Assembly: GCA_009691355.1 (NCBI GenBank)
Contig: SICW01000001.1
Location: 1-40,612 of the forward strand
Direction: 5' to 3'
Length of the DNA: 40,612 nt
Source of the DNA: Candidatus Woesearchaeota archaeon
GTDB lineage: Archaea > Nanobdellota > Nanobdellia > SCGC-AAA011-G17 > GW2011-AR17
Position numbers and translations under genes: made by a program. How positions within the stretch are numbered: the first letter of the stretch is position 1; every line of letters starts with the position of its first letter. Of the stretch, positions 38,423 to 40,612 are shown piece by piece. Under the pieces are notes generated by a model. That model did not search any database. It was not told the DNA's origin and saw only the letters and a program-made list of their open reading frames with translations.

Positions 38423-38946
38423 ACGTCATGAAACAAATTTCAATAGAGAAAGTTACCCTTAATATTGGGACTGGAAAGCCTGGGCAAGAATTAGAAAAGG
38501 GGAAAATTCTCTTGCAAAAAATTTCGGGATTAAAACCTTCAGAGACGAGAACGCAAAAAAGAATTCCTACTTGGGGTTTGAGACCAAATTTAGTTATCGG
38601 GTGTAAAACTACTCTTAGAGGAGCAAAGGCTAGAGAAATTCTTCTCACGCTCCTTCAAGCAAAGGATAACAAACTTCCTATACGAACATTTGATACTCAT
38701 GGAAACTTTTCCTTTGGAATTAAAGAATACCTAGACATTCCTACATTGAATTATATCCCTGAAGTGGGAATTATCGGACTTGAAGTTGCAGTAAGTCTTC
38801 AAAGAAAAGGATTTCGAATTAAGCGAAGAGGATTAGAAAAGAGAAAAATCCCACAGAGACATGCTATATCTAAAGCAGAAGCAATTGAATTTGCAAGAAA
38901 AGACTTGAAGCTTACTGTTTTTGATAGCAGAGAGGAGGCAGAATAA
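38419..38946 (+). CDS. rpl5: 50S ribosomal protein L5
   Basis: [25 protein letters not shown]. Confidence 0.97.
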   Translation: MNVMKQISIEKVTLNIGTGKPGQELEKGKILLQKISGLKPSETRTQKRIPTWGLRPNLVIGCKTTLRGAKAREILLTLLQAKDNKLPIRTFDTHGNFSFGIKEYLDIPTLNYIPEVGIIGLEVAVSLQRKGFRIKRRGLEKRKIPQRHAISKAEAIEFARKDLKLTVFDSREEAE

Positions 38947-39176
38947 TGACAGCAGGCAGTTATAAGAAGGTATTTAAACAACTCAAAAATAAGCCTGTAA
39001 AGCTTAAAAAATTCCTTAAGCATAACGCTCCTAAACCGAGAAAGAACGGTATTAACTCCAAACCTTGTAAAATTTGTGGAAGACTTGGAGCACATATACA
39101 AAAGTATGGTCTTGATGTTTGCAGACAATGCTTTAGAGATAATGCAACAAAACTAGGATTTAAAAAATACTACTAA
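38946..39176 (+). CDS. rps14: 30S ribosomal protein S14 (zinc type, N-extended)
   Basis: CKICG...KYGL..CRQCFR...LGFKKY. Confidence 0.96.
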   Translation: MTAGSYKKVFKQLKNKPVKLKKFLKHNAPKPRKNGINSKPCKICGRLGAHIQKYGLDVCRQCFRDNATKLGFKKYY

Positions 39177-39177
39177 C

Positions 39178-39570
39178 ATGGCAATGAATGACACTTTGGC
39201 AATGGCTTTGAGCACTATCCTCAATGCTGAAAAGGTTGGTAAACCAACATGTATTGTTCACCCTATTTCCAAAACTGCAAAGGCAGTGCTTGAGATTATG
39301 AAAGCACATCACTTTATTGGTGAGTTCACTGCAGTTGAAGATGGAAAAGGGGGCTTTATAGAGATTACTCTTATTGGTGGCGTAAACAAATGTGGAGCAA
39401 TTAAACCTCGCTTTGCAGCAAAAGTAAATGAGTACGGTAAATTTGAGAAGAGATTCCTCCCTTCTAAGGACTTTGGATTCCTCATTGTCTCTACACCAAA
39501 AGGTATCATGATTCAAAATGAAGCAAAAGAAAAAAATCTTGGAGGAAAGCTCATAGCTTTTGTTTACTAA
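39178..39570 (+). CDS. rps8: 30S ribosomal protein S8
   Basis: NKCGAIKPRF, IVSTPKG, GGKLIAFVY. Confidence 0.97.
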   Translation: MAMNDTLAMALSTILNAEKVGKPTCIVHPISKTAKAVLEIMKAHHFIGEFTAVEDGKGGFIEITLIGGVNKCGAIKPRFAAKVNEYGKFEKRFLPSKDFGFLIVSTPKGIMIQNEAKEKNLGGKLIAFVY

Positions 39571-39571
39571 G

Positions 39572-40111
39572 ATGATAGAGGCAAGAAGACTTCGAAAGGA
39601 AATTACTATTCCTACTGGTGTAAATGTAGAAGTAGCTGAATTTATTACTGTTACAAATAAAAATTTCCACGTTAAAAAGAAGCTTACTTACCCCACTCTG
39701 ATTATTACTAAAAACGAAAATAAAATTATTATTGAACCGAAAGTATATACCAAGAGAGAGAAAAAAATTATCAATACATTCAAATCACATCTTTTGAATA
39801 TGATTAAAGGTGTTCAAGAACCATATGAATATAGAGTCAAAATTTGTGCAAGCCACTTCCCTATGACAGTTACGATGGAAGGGAAAAAACTGATTGTGAA
39901 AAACTTTTTAGGCGAAAAAGTTCCTAGAAAAGCAGACATCCTTGAAAATGCAGATGTTAAGATTGAAGGAGATCTTATTACTATTACCTCTCCGGATAAA
40001 GAAACTGCAGGGCAAATTGCAGCAAACTTTGAACAAAGTACAAGAATAACAAATAGAGATCGAAGAGTATTCCAAGATGGATTATGGATCACCAAAAAGA
40101 GTAGGGACTAA
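39572..40111 (+). CDS. rpl6: 50S ribosomal protein L6
   Basis: HFPM, NFLGEK.PR, DRRVFQDG. Confidence 0.97.
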   Translation: MIEARRLRKEITIPTGVNVEVAEFITVTNKNFHVKKKLTYPTLIITKNENKIIIEPKVYTKREKKIINTFKSHLLNMIKGVQEPYEYRVKICASHFPMTVTMEGKKLIVKNFLGEKVPRKADILENADVKIEGDLITITSPDKETAGQIAANFEQSTRITNRDRRVFQDGLWITKKSRD

Positions 40112-40113
40112 AC

Positions 40114-40612
40114 ATGGTAGACGCACGATTACTTCAACAAAGAAAAATTATGAAGAGGAAGAAACCTCGTTTCCTTAGACAAGACGCTACAAGAAATAAG
40201 AGCCTTGAAAAGAAATGGGTTAGACCTAAAGGAATGCACTCTAAGATGAGAATCCATTTAAGAGGCAGAAGGAAATCCCCTTCACCTGGATATTCTTCTC
40301 CTCGTGCAGTTCGTGGACTCACAAGACAAGGGCTTCAGGAAGTATATGTTATTCATGCTAAAAACCTAGAAGGATTTGATCCAAAAACTCAAATTGTTGT
40401 TTTTGGTCAAGTTGGACTTCGAAAAAAAATGGAACTTATCAAAATCTGTTCCGAAAAAAAATATCCTATTTCCCAAATAAAAGACCCTGCAGCTTTTACA
40501 CAAAAAGTTCAAGCTGATCTTATTGCACGAAAATCAAAGAAAAAACAAACAACTGAGCAGAAGAAAAAGAAAGAAGAGAACGTGAAAAAGGCAAAAGATA
40601 ATAAGGAGAGCG
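40114..40612 (+). CDS. rpl32e: 50S ribosomal protein L32e, 3' truncated by window edge
   Basis: Hand translation KKPRFLRQD...WVRPKGMHSKMR...PSPGYSSPRAVRGL; Lys-rich extension runs off the window. Confidence 0.95.
   Translation, partial: MVDARLLQQRKIMKRKKPRFLRQDATRNKSLEKKWVRPKGMHSKMRIHLRGRRKSPSPGYSSPRAVRGLTRQGLQEVYVIHAKNLEGFDPKTQIVVFGQVGLRKKMELIKICSEKKYPISQIKDPAAFTQKVQADLIARKSKKKQTTEQKKKKEENVKKAKDNKES

Noticed and set aside
852..40322. Numerous 60-135 aa antisense or alternate-frame ORFs in the track
   Set aside because: Shadows of well-supported genes, Phe/Ser-rich as expected from the reverse of Lys/Glu codons

Overview
AT-rich archaeal chromosome segment, most consistent with a DPANN (Woesearchaeota-like) genome. 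This placement is inferred from the archaeal histone, Topo VI, aIF2-alpha/Nop10/GINS cluster, tandem Lrp-type regulator, N-extended uS14 and many TATA boxes about 25-30 nt before start codons. Most of the window is housekeeping: pelota, gins15-rpl44e-rps27e-aIF2a-nop10-PAC2, ftsY, srp54-bud32, top6BA, metG, lysA-lysC and the L3-to-L32e ribosomal superoperon. The most interesting non-standard content is: (i) two neighbouring tRNA genes (Asn-GTT, Ile-GAT), each with two BHB introns (27/28 and 37/38); (ii) a 28-nt GC-rich hairpin-like motif present twice, each copy next to a TATA-like box and ahead of a decayed, probably LAGLIDADG-type endonuclease gene; (iii) a ~165-nt highly structured leader with alternative pairings in front of rpl3; (iv) an ORFan cluster (atypical kinase, two paralogous GNAT/VirK-like proteins) converging on the histone gene; (v) a 748-aa membrane protein with a duplicated LysM-like domain and C-terminal HTH; (vi) an aspartokinase with substituted catalytic motifs coupled to lysA. 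All family calls come from motif recognition by eye; no database searches were run.
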